A stretch of DNA of 64,000 bases from Planctomycetota bacterium (GTDB lineage: Bacteria; Planctomycetota; UBA1135; UBA2386). The notes beneath the pieces are model-generated. The model was not told the DNA's origin. It saw nothing but the letters and a program-made list of their open reading frames with translations, and searched no databases. Both the position numbers and the translations under genes were made by a program. The DNA lies in assembly GCA_965223545.1 (NCBI GenBank), contig OZ245006.1, positions 1,888,001 to 1,952,000 of the forward strand. Direction: 5' to 3'. Positions 49,526 through 58,746 of this stretch are shown here, piece after piece. Numbering within the stretch: the first letter of the stretch is position 1; each line of letters begins with the position of its first letter.

Positions 49526-50215
49526 GTGACGCCGCTCACGGACCTCGACGAAGCCAACTCGACGATCGTCAAGCTGCGCGCCGAGATCGAGCGCCTTCGC
49601 GAGCAGCTCGAACTGATGAAGCAGCGCACGTTCGGACGGCGCCGCGAGCACATCGATCCGAACCAACTGCTGCTGTTCGAGGCCGGCGTCGCGCAGCTCG
49701 AAGAGCTGCAGAAGCAGGCGCAGGAAGCGGAGCAGTCGAGCGAACTCGCGAAGCCTGACCCGAAGAAGAAGCGGAAGCGCGGTCACGGTCGCGGTCAGTT
49801 CGCCGAGCACCTGGATCGGCATGTCGTCGAGGTCGACGTGCCGGAAGCGGAGCGCTGCTGCCCCGAGTGCGGCGAGGCCATGCACTGCATCGGAACTGAC
49901 GTCACCGAGCGTGGCCACATCATCCCAGCGCGGTTGGTCGTGAAGCGCTACGTGCGCAACAAGTACGCGTGCCCGCACGGGCACAGGATGAAGATGGCGT
50001 CGATGCCTGCCGGCGTCGTCGAGAAGGCGAAGTACGAGCCCTCCGTCTACGCGCATCTCGTCACAGCGAAGTACGGCGACCACCTGCCGCTGAACCGCCT
50101 GCAGGGGATCTTCCGCCGCTTCGGGGCGCACGTCCCGAAGTAGACCATGTGGGACATGCTGGCGCGCTTCGACGAGATCGCGGCGCGTCCGATCCTGGCC
50201 GGCCAGTCCTGCTGA
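49526..50215 (+). pseudogene. tnpC: Truncated IS66 TnpC
   Basis: FGRRRE, CPECG, KYACP, KYGDHLPLNR, then TAG at 50141-50143. The frame resumes (TMWDML) before the deletion that reaches the right IR. Confidence 0.88.
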
Positions 50216-50424
50216 AACGCGTCGGCGGTCGCTTTTCAACCGCTGGCCGCCATGGCGTCACCGGACGCTTACTCACCAGCCGCCATCTGGCGATTGCTTG
50301 AGCTGAGATAGGGAGGCCGCGCCAGCGGCGACGACTGCAGCGATGAGGCGACGTCCGGCAGTCGTGACCCGGTAGCGATGCGTGCCCCGAACCTTGTCGA
50401 TGACGCCGTGAGCACAGAGCAGAC

Positions 50425-50750
50425 GCTGCAGTCGAGTGACCCGTGCGCTGATGCAGGAGGTTGGCGACTTCCGCGGGCGTCAGCTGTAGCCGCTGGGCCT
50501 CGTCGAGAATGCGCGCGATGAACGACGCGCATGCGGGATCCGTGCCGGCGCCGGTCTGCCTGCGCAGCGCGACCGTACCGCGCGCGCCCCGGACCGCGAC
50601 CAGCCCGAGCTCGGCGTAGGCGCGGCGGATGGTGTGGAAGTTGACACCCCAGCGCTGCGCGGCATCCCGCGCCGACGGCAGCCTCTCGCCCTGCACCAGC
50701 TGGCCGGTGGCGAGCTGATAACGGATCGCTTCGACGATCTGGTCCGCCAC
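50425..50750 (-). pseudogene. GntR-family regulator, N-terminal wHTH half
   Basis: VADQIVEAIRYQLATGQLVQGERLPSARDAAQRWGVNFHTIRRAYAEL...RGT; fused in frame to a kinase-tail fragment. Confidence 0.8.
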
Positions 50751-50861
50751 TGCCGTGCGTGTTGTGTAGTCGTCGCGGCGCGCCGCGCGGTCTGACGGCG
50801 TGAGGGACTCGTCTGCCATCGCGCCGGCCGCCGCCCGTCGGAGCAGGCTCACCGCCAGCTC
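50746..50861 (-). repeat. Copy 2 of the kinase 3' segment (inverted relative to 39482-39597)
   Basis: Encodes ELAVSLLRRAAAGAMADESLTPSDRAARRDDYTTRTAV on the minus strand. Confidence 0.85.
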
Positions 50862-50882
50862 AACCGCCCGAGCGCTGCAACG

Positions 50883-51499
50883 AACGCCGCCGATGGAGGC
50901 GTCGCCGTGGTCGAGTGCAATCCAACCCAGGCGCTGCGCTGGCGGTCCAGGTCGCCGATTCGCTCGCGGTCGCGGCGCACCCCTATTGCCTGGGCGACGG
51001 TGAACAGCCGCCCGGCCCCGTCCTGGCGACGTATTTCCACTACGCCGAGATCGCACGCCGATGGCGCCACCGCCTGGCGTCCATCCACTTTGCATCCATC
51101 CGGCCGGACCACCGACTGGGCGAGCGGCTGCTCTCGCGACTCCCGCGCAGAGGGATCGCGCAAGTGACCCTACTGGAGTACGAACGCAGTATGGCCGACA
51201 ACATGGCCGAAGACGTGGCGCGGTTGCTGCCCGAGGCGCGCTGTCAGATCGTGCCGAAGGCGACCAAGCGACCGATCACGAGCCTGCGACGGCTGGCACC
51301 GAACACGCCGGTGCTCGTCGCCCCGCGGGTCTGGAACGACCTGCCCTCACCCTGGCGGGACGATCCGCGGGTGCTCGAGGTACGCTACACCTTCGACGCC
51401 GACGAGCTGGCGGCGATCGCGCACCATCTGCGCTGGCGCCGGCGGGGCGCACGCCAAGTCGCGCGAAGGGACACGTCAGCGGTCTGCCTGCGCGGCTGA
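50883..51499 (+). pseudogene. Probable C-terminal effector domain of the same GntR regulator, frameshifted near 50932
   Basis: VAVVECNPTQ in one frame continues as ALAVQVA...ATYFHYAEI...VLVAPRVW...EVRYTFD in the -1 frame; no HTH. Confidence 0.55.
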
Positions 51500-51552
51500 A
51501 GCCGCCGACCGCAACCGACCAATCCTGCCGAGGTTCGCCGTAGAATCGCGCC

Positions 51553-52677
51553 ATGTCCGCGAGCGCCCCGTCCCCCCGCATCATTGGCGCAGTCAGCCTG
51601 TTGGTGGCCACCACCGCCGGTGACGTCCACGCCCAGACCATCGCGCTGTCCGGTCTCGATCCCGTCGCCTTGTGCGCGGGAGAAGAACGCGCCGGTGACC
51701 CCGCGCTGACGGCCGCCCACGGCCGGCTGCGCTACCAGTTCGCGGACGCGGCGAGCCAAGCCCGGTTCCTCGCCGACCCATCACGCTACGCGATCCAGTG
51801 GAACGGTGCGTGTGCGCGCATGGGACCACTCAGCGGCCGCGGCGATCCCGAGCGCTGGTCGGTGTACGACGGCAAGATCTGGGTGTTCGCCTCCGATGCC
51901 TGCCGCGCGGGCTTCGCGCGAGCACCACACGGCTACACGGCGACTGCACCTGCACTGCCGAAGATCGACGACGCGGCACACCAGCGAGGCCTGGCCCTGT
52001 TCGCGCTGGCGGTCGAAGCACACGGCGGCGAGGCCGCCGACGCGGCGGCGGCGGTGCGATTCACGCGGTCGCGGGAGCAGCAGGGCTGGCAACACGAGCT
52101 CATGCTGTTGTGCACGCCGACCGGAGCGACGCGGCGCACCTCGCGCTGGGATCCGCCGGCGACCGGCGAACAGCGCGGGTTCTCGACCACGTGGATCACA
52201 CCGCCGGGCGAAGGCTCGGCCGGCACTGCGTTCACCACTGAGGAAGCAGACGTGTTCGATCTCTGCGCCGCCGAAGAGCACGATGCACGCCGCCACGCCC
52301 TGCGTGAGCTACTGCCGTTGCTATGGGCACGGCACCAGCCAGCGTTCCGCTGCCGCCACCGTGGCGCGAGCACGCTGGCAGACCTGCCGGTCGAGGACCT
52401 GGAGGTCTTCGTCTTCGGCATGGCCACGACCCTGCACCTGGCCCGCGACACGCACCGGGTCGAAGGCATCTCGTGGCGGGGCCGCCTGAACGACGGCCGC
52501 ACGCGCGCGGTGCGCGAACGGTTCGGCGGCTGGACCGAGGTCGACGGCGTCCTGATGCCCCTGGCACGGACTGCGCTGGCGCCGGCGGCGGACGGCGCAC
52601 CCGCCGCCGAGGAATGGGACCAGGCCGCGCTGGTGGCGGAGATCCCACAAGGCGCCTTCGAACGCCCGGAGGGTTGA
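51553..52677 (+). CDS. Secreted YHS-domain protein with C-terminal extension
   Basis: Signal ending VHAQ; ALSGLDPVAL...YQFAD...FLADPSRYAIQWNGACA...GDPERWSVYDGK. Confidence 0.7.
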   Translation: MSASAPSPRIIGAVSLLVATTAGDVHAQTIALSGLDPVALCAGEERAGDPALTAAHGRLRYQFADAASQARFLADPSRYAIQWNGACARMGPLSGRGDPERWSVYDGKIWVFASDACRAGFARAPHGYTATAPALPKIDDAAHQRGLALFALAVEAHGGEAADAAAAVRFTRSREQQGWQHELMLLCTPTGATRRTSRWDPPATGEQRGFSTTWITPPGEGSAGTAFTTEEADVFDLCAAEEHDARRHALRELLPLLWARHQPAFRCRHRGASTLADLPVEDLEVFVFGMATTLHLARDTHRVEGISWRGRLNDGRTRAVRERFGGWTEVDGVLMPLARTALAPAADGAPAAEEWDQAALVAEIPQGAFERPEG

Positions 52678-52750
52678 GGCCGCCACCCACTGCTCCAACC
52701 GCGACCGAGGTTGCTCCGTGGACGCAGCCGACCTACGCTGTCCGCCGCCG

Positions 52751-53149
52751 ATGCACCTCGCGCCGCGCCCTTCGACCGCCGACCGCCAACGCCGCCGCAC
52801 CGCTGTGCTGGCAGCGCTGTACTGCGTGGTTGCGGTCCTGGCCGACGCGCACCTGCTCTGGCACGACCACCACGCCGCGCACCACGGCGGCCCTCCCACT
52901 CCGGCCGTCGCCTCGGCGGCCTGCGATGGTCACTGCGACCATCCCGGCCACCACCACCACGCATCGTTCGACGAGGGAGCCTGCCTGCTCTGCAAGAGCT
53001 TGGGCCAGCGCGACGATGTGCTGCTCCCGCCACGCTCCGGCGCGCCGGCGATCGTGGTTTGCGGCGAGGTCGACGCCGCCCAGTGTGGCCCGCGGTGTCC
53101 AGAACGCAGCGGCCCCGGCCGCGCCCGGGGACCACCCCTGTTCGTGTGA
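52751..53149 (+). CDS. His-rich DUF2946-like small protein (putative regulatory leader ORF)
   Basis: TM helix, HLLWHDHHAAHH and CDGHCDHPGHHHH, CLLC (CxxC), and C-terminal ARGPP. Confidence 0.65.
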   Translation: MHLAPRPSTADRQRRRTAVLAALYCVVAVLADAHLLWHDHHAAHHGGPPTPAVASAACDGHCDHPGHHHHASFDEGACLLCKSLGQRDDVLLPPRSGAPAIVVCGEVDAAQCGPRCPERSGPGRARGPPLFV

Positions 53150-53218
53150 GCTCGAGACCGTGGAGACCGCGCGCGGTGCGCGGTTTCCGACCGAATTACA
53201 CACGAACAGGAGAACCCG

Positions 53219-54391
53219 ATGTACCCCATTTCCCGTGGGGCGTTGTGGGCGTGTGCCGCGTGCACCGCTCTGCTCGCCCCGATTCCTTGCCAGTCACCCG
53301 CCGAGGAAGCGCCGGACGGCGCGCTCGGCCAAGGCAACGCGTTCAATCCACAGATCACCGTCTTCGCCGACGTACTCGGTAGCCTGTCCAGCGACAGCGC
53401 TGACGAGACCACCAACCGGTTCAGTCTGCGCGAGGTCGAGGTCGACCTGCGCGCCGCGGTCGCGCCCTGGGCCGACGGCGTGCTGATCCTCGCCTTGCAC
53501 GAAGAGATCGAGGACGACGGCGGCTCGACCGAGATCGGGCACCACATCGAGATCGAAGAGGGCTATCTCGACTTCTTCGATCTCGGCTACGACCTCGCCG
53601 GTCGCGTCGGCGTGCTGCGCAATCACTTCGGCCGGCACAACCAGCTGCACACGCACGACACGCCTCAGGTCACGCGACCACTGGCGCACAGCGCGTTCTT
53701 CGGCCACGAGGGCTTGATCACCACCGGCGTCGAAGCCCGCTGGCACGTGCCCAACCCGTGGGATGACTTCGTCGAGCTGCGCGCGGCCGTAATCAACGCC
53801 GACGGTGGAGAAGAGGCGCCACTGCTCGGCGGGCCCGATGCCGACAACCCCGCGCTGGTCGTCCGCGGCAAATGGTTCGACACGCTGGGCGACGACTGGG
53901 ACGTCGAGCTGGGCGGTTCGTATCTGTACTCCGCGACCAGCGACCGCGGCGGCTTCGACGCCCACGTCGCCGGCGCCGATGCCACGTTTACTTGGCGCTC
54001 GCCGCAGGCACCCGACTCGCGCAGCCTCTTGCTGCAGGGCGAAGCCCTGTGGGCGCGCAACGACATCGACGACGGAGGCACCGGCTTCCGCAACCGCAGC
54101 GCCGGCTACTACGCCTTCGCCCAGCTGCAGCTGGCCCGCGACTGGTACGTCGGCGTGCGCGGGGACCGCACCGAGTTTCCGAACGACGAGGACCGCGGCC
54201 CGGTCGACCGGGATCTGGGGCTGTCGAGCTACGTCAGCTGGTACCCCACCGAGTTCGTGCGGCTTCGCCTCGAGTACCAACACCTCGAGCAGGAAACCGC
54301 GGGCTTCGACAGCGATGTCGACCGGCTGTTCCTCAATCTCACCTTCACCTTCGGCGCTCATCCGCCGCATCCCTACTGGGTCAACCGATGA
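53219..54391 (+). CDS. Outer-membrane beta-barrel protein of the metal (Zn)-uptake-associated porin type
   Basis: AFNPQIT, FSLREVEVDL, IEEGY, FGRHNQLHTHD, and C-terminal EFVRLRLEYQ...FTFGAHPPH. Confidence 0.75.
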   Translation: MYPISRGALWACAACTALLAPIPCQSPAEEAPDGALGQGNAFNPQITVFADVLGSLSSDSADETTNRFSLREVEVDLRAAVAPWADGVLILALHEEIEDDGGSTEIGHHIEIEEGYLDFFDLGYDLAGRVGVLRNHFGRHNQLHTHDTPQVTRPLAHSAFFGHEGLITTGVEARWHVPNPWDDFVELRAAVINADGGEEAPLLGGPDADNPALVVRGKWFDTLGDDWDVELGGSYLYSATSDRGGFDAHVAGADATFTWRSPQAPDSRSLLLQGEALWARNDIDDGGTGFRNRSAGYYAFAQLQLARDWYVGVRGDRTEFPNDEDRGPVDRDLGLSSYVSWYPTEFVRLRLEYQHLEQETAGFDSDVDRLFLNLTFTFGAHPPHPYWVNR

Positions 54392-55320
54392 AAGCACTCG
54401 CCCTTGCACTCTCTTGTGGCGGCGCGCTCGCCGCACTCGCTCCCGCCCAGCTGCGGGTGGTGACCAGTACGCCCACCCTGGCCGACCTCGTCCGCCAGAT
54501 CGGTGGCCCGCACGTGACGGTGCAGTCCATCTTGCGCGGGCCTGAAAACCCGCACCACGTTGCCGCCAAGCCGAGCTTCGTGATGATGCTCAAGCGCGCC
54601 GACCTCCTGGTGCACACCGGACTCGACGCCGAGCCCTGGATCCCGATGCTGATCAAGAGCGCGCGGCGAGCGCACTTGCGACCCGGCGGCAAGGGACACA
54701 TCAACGCGGCGCGCGGCGTGGAGCTGCTCGAGGTCCCGGCCGCCGCCGAGCTCACCCGCGCCGCCGGCGACTTGCACGTGCACGGCAACCCGCACTACCT
54801 GCTCGACGCGCGCAACGGCGTGCGCGTGAGCCACACGATCGCCGCCGCGCTGACCGCCGCGGAACCCGCGCACGCCGCCGACTTCGAGCAGAGCCGGCAG
54901 CAGCTCGAGGAGCGGTTGCTGGCGCTCGACGCACGCCTGGCCGAGCAGATGTCACCGCACCGCGGAGCCCCACTGGCGACCTACCACCGCACGTGGAGCT
55001 ACCTGATGGCGCGCTACGGCCTGGAGAAGGTCGCCGAGGTCGAGCCTCAACCCGGCATCTCACCGTGGCCGCGCCACCTGATGGAGTGCGTGACGGCAAT
55101 GCGCGCGGCCGACGCCCGGCTGGTCGTGGTGGAGACCTACAGCAGCCGAGAGGACGCCGAGTTCGTCGCCGAGCGCGCCGGCGGGCGCGCGCTGACGCTG
55201 GCGCACGAGGTCGGCGCCCTGCCGGACGTCGATTCGTACGAGCAGCTGCTCGAGCACAACGCCACCGCCCTCGCCACCGCCCTGGCAGCAACCGACAAGG
55301 CCAACGCCGGCGGCCACTGA
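54388..55320 (+). CDS. Zn/Mn ABC transporter substrate-binding protein (ZnuA/TroA family)
   Basis: LRVVTSTPTLADLVRQIGG, NPHH, HVHGNPHY, TYHRTWSY, EPQPGISP. ATG overlaps the previous stop. Confidence 0.9.
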   Translation: MKALALALSCGGALAALAPAQLRVVTSTPTLADLVRQIGGPHVTVQSILRGPENPHHVAAKPSFVMMLKRADLLVHTGLDAEPWIPMLIKSARRAHLRPGGKGHINAARGVELLEVPAAAELTRAAGDLHVHGNPHYLLDARNGVRVSHTIAAALTAAEPAHAADFEQSRQQLEERLLALDARLAEQMSPHRGAPLATYHRTWSYLMARYGLEKVAEVEPQPGISPWPRHLMECVTAMRAADARLVVVETYSSREDAEFVAERAGGRALTLAHEVGALPDVDSYEQLLEHNATALATALAATDKANAGGH

Positions 55321-55321
55321 C

Positions 55322-56128
55322 GTGCTGGAGCTGCTGCTCGCGCCGTTGGTGGCCTGCGTCGTGCTCGCCGGCATCCACTGCTACCTCGGCCTGCACGTGC
55401 TGATGCGCGGCGTGGTGTTCGTCGATCTGGCGCTGGCGCAGATCGCGGCGCTCGGCGTCGCGGTCGGCGCCGTCGCCGGCGCGCTGCCGCACACGGCCAG
55501 CAGCTATCTCTGGTCGGCCGGCTTCTCCACGCTGGGCGCGGCGCTGTTCGCGTGGTGGCGCTTCGACCACCGGCGCGTACCGCAGGAGGCTGTGATCGGC
55601 ATCATCTACGCCGTCAGCGCCGCGGTGACCGTGCTGATCCTGTCGCACAGCGCCATCGACAAGGAGGAGATCGACCACATGCTGCTCGGCCGGTTGCTGT
55701 TCGTCGACTGGCCGGAGATCGGCGCGGCGGCTCTGGTCTACGCCGCGGTGGCCGGGATCCACGCGCTGTGCCGGCGGCCGTTCTTCGCGATCTCGCGCGG
55801 CGAGACGGTGCGCCGGACAGCGCTGTGGGACTTCGTGTTCTACGCCACGTTCGGCATCGTCGTGTCGAGCTCGGTGCAGCTCGCCGGCGTGCTGGCGGTG
55901 TTCAGCTTCTTGATCGTGCCCGCGGCCTGCGCCGCGCTGTTCTGCGACACCACCACGACCCGTTTGTTCGTCGCCTGGGGCTTCGCCCTGCTGGCGAGCG
56001 CCACCGGTCTGTGCGCCAGCGCGTGGCTCGACTGGCCCGTCGGGGCGGCGGTGGTGACCGCGTTCGGCGCCGTGTTCGCTGTCTGCGCCCTGGCCGCCCG
56101 CCGTTATCCACAGTTTCCACACTGCTGA
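55322..56128 (+). CDS. Metal ABC transporter permease (ABC-3/ZnuB family)
   Basis: [48 protein letters not shown]. Confidence 0.9.
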   Translation: MLELLLAPLVACVVLAGIHCYLGLHVLMRGVVFVDLALAQIAALGVAVGAVAGALPHTASSYLWSAGFSTLGAALFAWWRFDHRRVPQEAVIGIIYAVSAAVTVLILSHSAIDKEEIDHMLLGRLLFVDWPEIGAAALVYAAVAGIHALCRRPFFAISRGETVRRTALWDFVFYATFGIVVSSSVQLAGVLAVFSFLIVPAACAALFCDTTTTRLFVAWGFALLASATGLCASAWLDWPVGAAVVTAFGAVFAVCALAARRYPQFPHC

Positions 56129-56210
56129 GAGGCCGCGGGCCGGCAAACCCGGCGCTGAACCGCGTGCCCTGGACGGCTATGGTCTGCAGGCTGGGATCAC
56201 ACATCGACGC

Positions 56211-58211
56211 ATGAGCAACACCAGCCCCGAGACTCTGAAGCGCACCGCCGACACCCTCCGCGGCCTGGCGATGGACGCCGTGCAGCGCGCCAACAGCGGG
56301 CACCCCGGCATGCCGATGGGCACCGCCGATCTCGCCGCAGTGCTGTGGTTGGAGCACCTGCGCTTCCTACCGGACGACCCGGAATGGGCCGGCCGCGACC
56401 GCTTCGTTCTATCCGCGGGGCACGGCTCGATGCTGCTCTACGGCTTGCTGCACCTCGCCGGCTACGACTTGCCGATGGCCGAGCTCGAGCGCTTTCGGCA
56501 GCTGCACAGCAAGACTCCCGGTCATCCCGAGTTCGGCGAGACCCCAGGAGTCGAGACCACGACCGGCCCGCTCGGCCAGGGCTTCGCCACCGGCGTCGGC
56601 ATGGCGTTGGCGGCGCGGATGGAGGCGGCGCGCTTCCGCTGCCCGGAGCTGTGCACGCGCGTGTTCGGCATCGTCTCGGACGGCGACCTGATGGAGGGCA
56701 TCAGCGCCGAGGCGGCGTCGCTCGCGGGACACCTCGGGCTGGCCAACCTGGTCTACCTGTACGACGACAACCGCATCACCATCGATGGCGAAACCGACCT
56801 GACGTTCAGCGAGGACGTCGAGCAGCGGTTCGCCGCGCAGCGATGGCACGTGCTGCGCTGTGAAGGCCACGACTTCGACGCGGTGCGGCGCACACTCGAC
56901 GCCGCGGTCGGCGAGGCCGAACGCCCCACGCTGGTCATCTGTCGCACGCACATCGCCAAGGGCAGCCCCAACAAGGTCGACACGTCGGCGTCGCACGGCG
57001 CGCCGCTCGGCGACGAGGAAATCGCGCTGACCAAGCGCGCGTTGGGCCTGCCCGAGGAGGCGTTTCACGTGCCGCCGGAGGTGCGCGCGGCGTTCGCAGC
57101 GCGGGCCGAAGCCAACCGCCGGGCGCGCGCGCAGTGGGAGGACGCCGTCGCCCGTTGGCGCAGCGCAAACGCGACCCTGGCAACCGCGCATCAGAGCTAC
57201 CGCGCGCGACGGACGCCGGCCGATCTGGCCGACCAGCTGCGCACCGCGATCGGCGACGACACGGCCGCCACCCGTGTCTTGTCCGGCGTGGCGCTGCAGA
57301 CGGCGGCGCGTCTGGTGCCCTCGGTGGTCGGCGGGTCGGCGGATCTCGAGGGGAGCTGCAACACCCGCCTCAAGGACTCCCCGGCGGTGCGCCGTGACGA
57401 CCTCAGCGGCCGCAACATCCACTTCGGCATCCGCGAGCACGCGATGGCCGCGATCTGCAACGGCATGGCGCTGCAGGGCGGCGCGCTGCCGCTGTGCAGC
57501 ACTTTCCTGACGTTCTCGGACTACATGCGGCCGAGCATCCGCCTCGCCGCGCTGATGCGTCTGCCGACCGCGTTCGTCTTCACCCACGACAGCCTGCTGC
57601 TGGGCGAGGACGGCCCGACCCACCAGCCGGTCGAGCACCTCGCGGCGCTGCGCCTGATCCCGGGCCTGCACGTGTTCCGCCCGGCGGACGGCTTCGAGGT
57701 CGCCGCGGCGTGGACGCACGCGCTGGAGCGCCGCGACGGCCCGGTGGCGCTGGCGCTCACCCGGCAGAAGGTGCCCGCGCTGGCACGCGACCGCGATCTG
57801 ACCGTGCGCGACGTGCTGCGCGGCGGATACACCCTGCGCGCCGCCGCCGATCCGCAGGCCGTGTTGATCGCCACCGGCGCCGAAGTCGCCCTGGCCCTGG
57901 CGGCCGCCGAAGAGCTGGACCAGCGCGGCATCAACGCGCGCGTGGTCAGCATGCCCTGCGTCGAGCTGTTCCGCCTGCAATCGGACGACTACCGCGCGGC
58001 CGTGCTGCCGCCGGGCACGGCGACGTTCGCCGTCGAGATGGGCCGCCGCGAGGGCTGGTGCGAGTTCACCGGCCGGCTCGAACACGTGATCGGGGTCGAC
58101 GGTTTCGGCGCGAGCGCGCCCGCCGCCGACCTGGCAGAGCATTTCGGCTTCACGGCGCCGCGCGTGGCCGAGCACGTCGAGGGTGTGCTCGCCCGGGTGC
58201 CGGCGGGCTGA
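56211..58211 (+). CDS. tkt: Transketolase
   Basis: [39 protein letters not shown]...[24 protein letters not shown]. Confidence 0.97.
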   Translation: MSNTSPETLKRTADTLRGLAMDAVQRANSGHPGMPMGTADLAAVLWLEHLRFLPDDPEWAGRDRFVLSAGHGSMLLYGLLHLAGYDLPMAELERFRQLHSKTPGHPEFGETPGVETTTGPLGQGFATGVGMALAARMEAARFRCPELCTRVFGIVSDGDLMEGISAEAASLAGHLGLANLVYLYDDNRITIDGETDLTFSEDVEQRFAAQRWHVLRCEGHDFDAVRRTLDAAVGEAERPTLVICRTHIAKGSPNKVDTSASHGAPLGDEEIALTKRALGLPEEAFHVPPEVRAAFAARAEANRRARAQWEDAVARWRSANATLATAHQSYRARRTPADLADQLRTAIGDDTAATRVLSGVALQTAARLVPSVVGGSADLEGSCNTRLKDSPAVRRDDLSGRNIHFGIREHAMAAICNGMALQGGALPLCSTFLTFSDYMRPSIRLAALMRLPTAFVFTHDSLLLGEDGPTHQPVEHLAALRLIPGLHVFRPADGFEVAAAWTHALERRDGPVALALTRQKVPALARDRDLTVRDVLRGGYTLRAAADPQAVLIATGAEVALALAAAEELDQRGINARVVSMPCVELFRLQSDDYRAAVLPPGTATFAVEMGRREGWCEFTGRLEHVIGVDGFGASAPAADLAEHFGFTAPRVAEHVEGVLARVPAG

Positions 58212-58230
58212 GCCCGAGGAGCCGCGACCC

Positions 58231-58509
58231 GTGCCCGGCCAGGCCCCGCCCCCCGGCGCGCCCGAGACCCCCGGCGCACCCGACGAGGAAGATCCCCGGA
58301 TCTGCTTCTGCATGAAGGTCTCGCGCAGCACCCTGGTCGCCGCGATCCGCGCCGGCGCGACCACCGTGGAGGCGCTCCGCGACCGCACCCGGGCGGCGTC
58401 GGGCTGTGGGACCTGCCGCATCGACCTGCTGCTCCTGCTCGCCGAGCACGCCGACCGCGGCCCGACCACGACCGGCCCCGGGCCGGCCGGCACGGCGCCC
58501 CGCAGCTGA
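58231..58509 (+). CDS. BFD-like [2Fe-2S]-binding protein
   Basis: ICFCMKVS...AIRAGATTVEALRDRTRAASGCGTC; start uncertain. Confidence 0.75.
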   Translation: MPGQAPPPGAPETPGAPDEEDPRICFCMKVSRSTLVAAIRAGATTVEALRDRTRAASGCGTCRIDLLLLLAEHADRGPTTTGPGPAGTAPRS

Positions 58510-58746
58510 GGAATCCCCCGTAGCCCAGCGCGCCGAGCACCGCGTCCGACATGCCGATCCCAGTGGATTTTCGGAAGGTCGGCGGCGACCACCGGTCGAC
58601 GGGAATAATCTCACGCAGAGGGGCGTCTACGCCGGGCCGTGTGCGGATCCACCGTGGTCCCGCGGGCCCCCGTCAGGGGCGCCCAGCGGTGACGCGCTTT
58701 TTCGCCGGCGCCTCCTCCCGACACACCACGCGGACTGACTCGAACG

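Larger units (their letters stand above)
48729..50272 (+). mobile_element. Second IS66-family element, internally deleted and non-autonomous (1544 bp)
   Basis: Perfect 15-bp IR GTAAGCGTCCGGTGA; 8-bp target duplication TCACCAGC at 48721-48728 and 50273-50280; tnpC lacks the DDE domain. Confidence 0.94.

Noticed and set aside
50061..51095. 344-aa ORF as a real kinase-tail/GntR fusion protein
   Set aside because: It spans an IS66 end and antisense sequence, and the HTH appears to have a small deletion; better explained as rearrangement debris.
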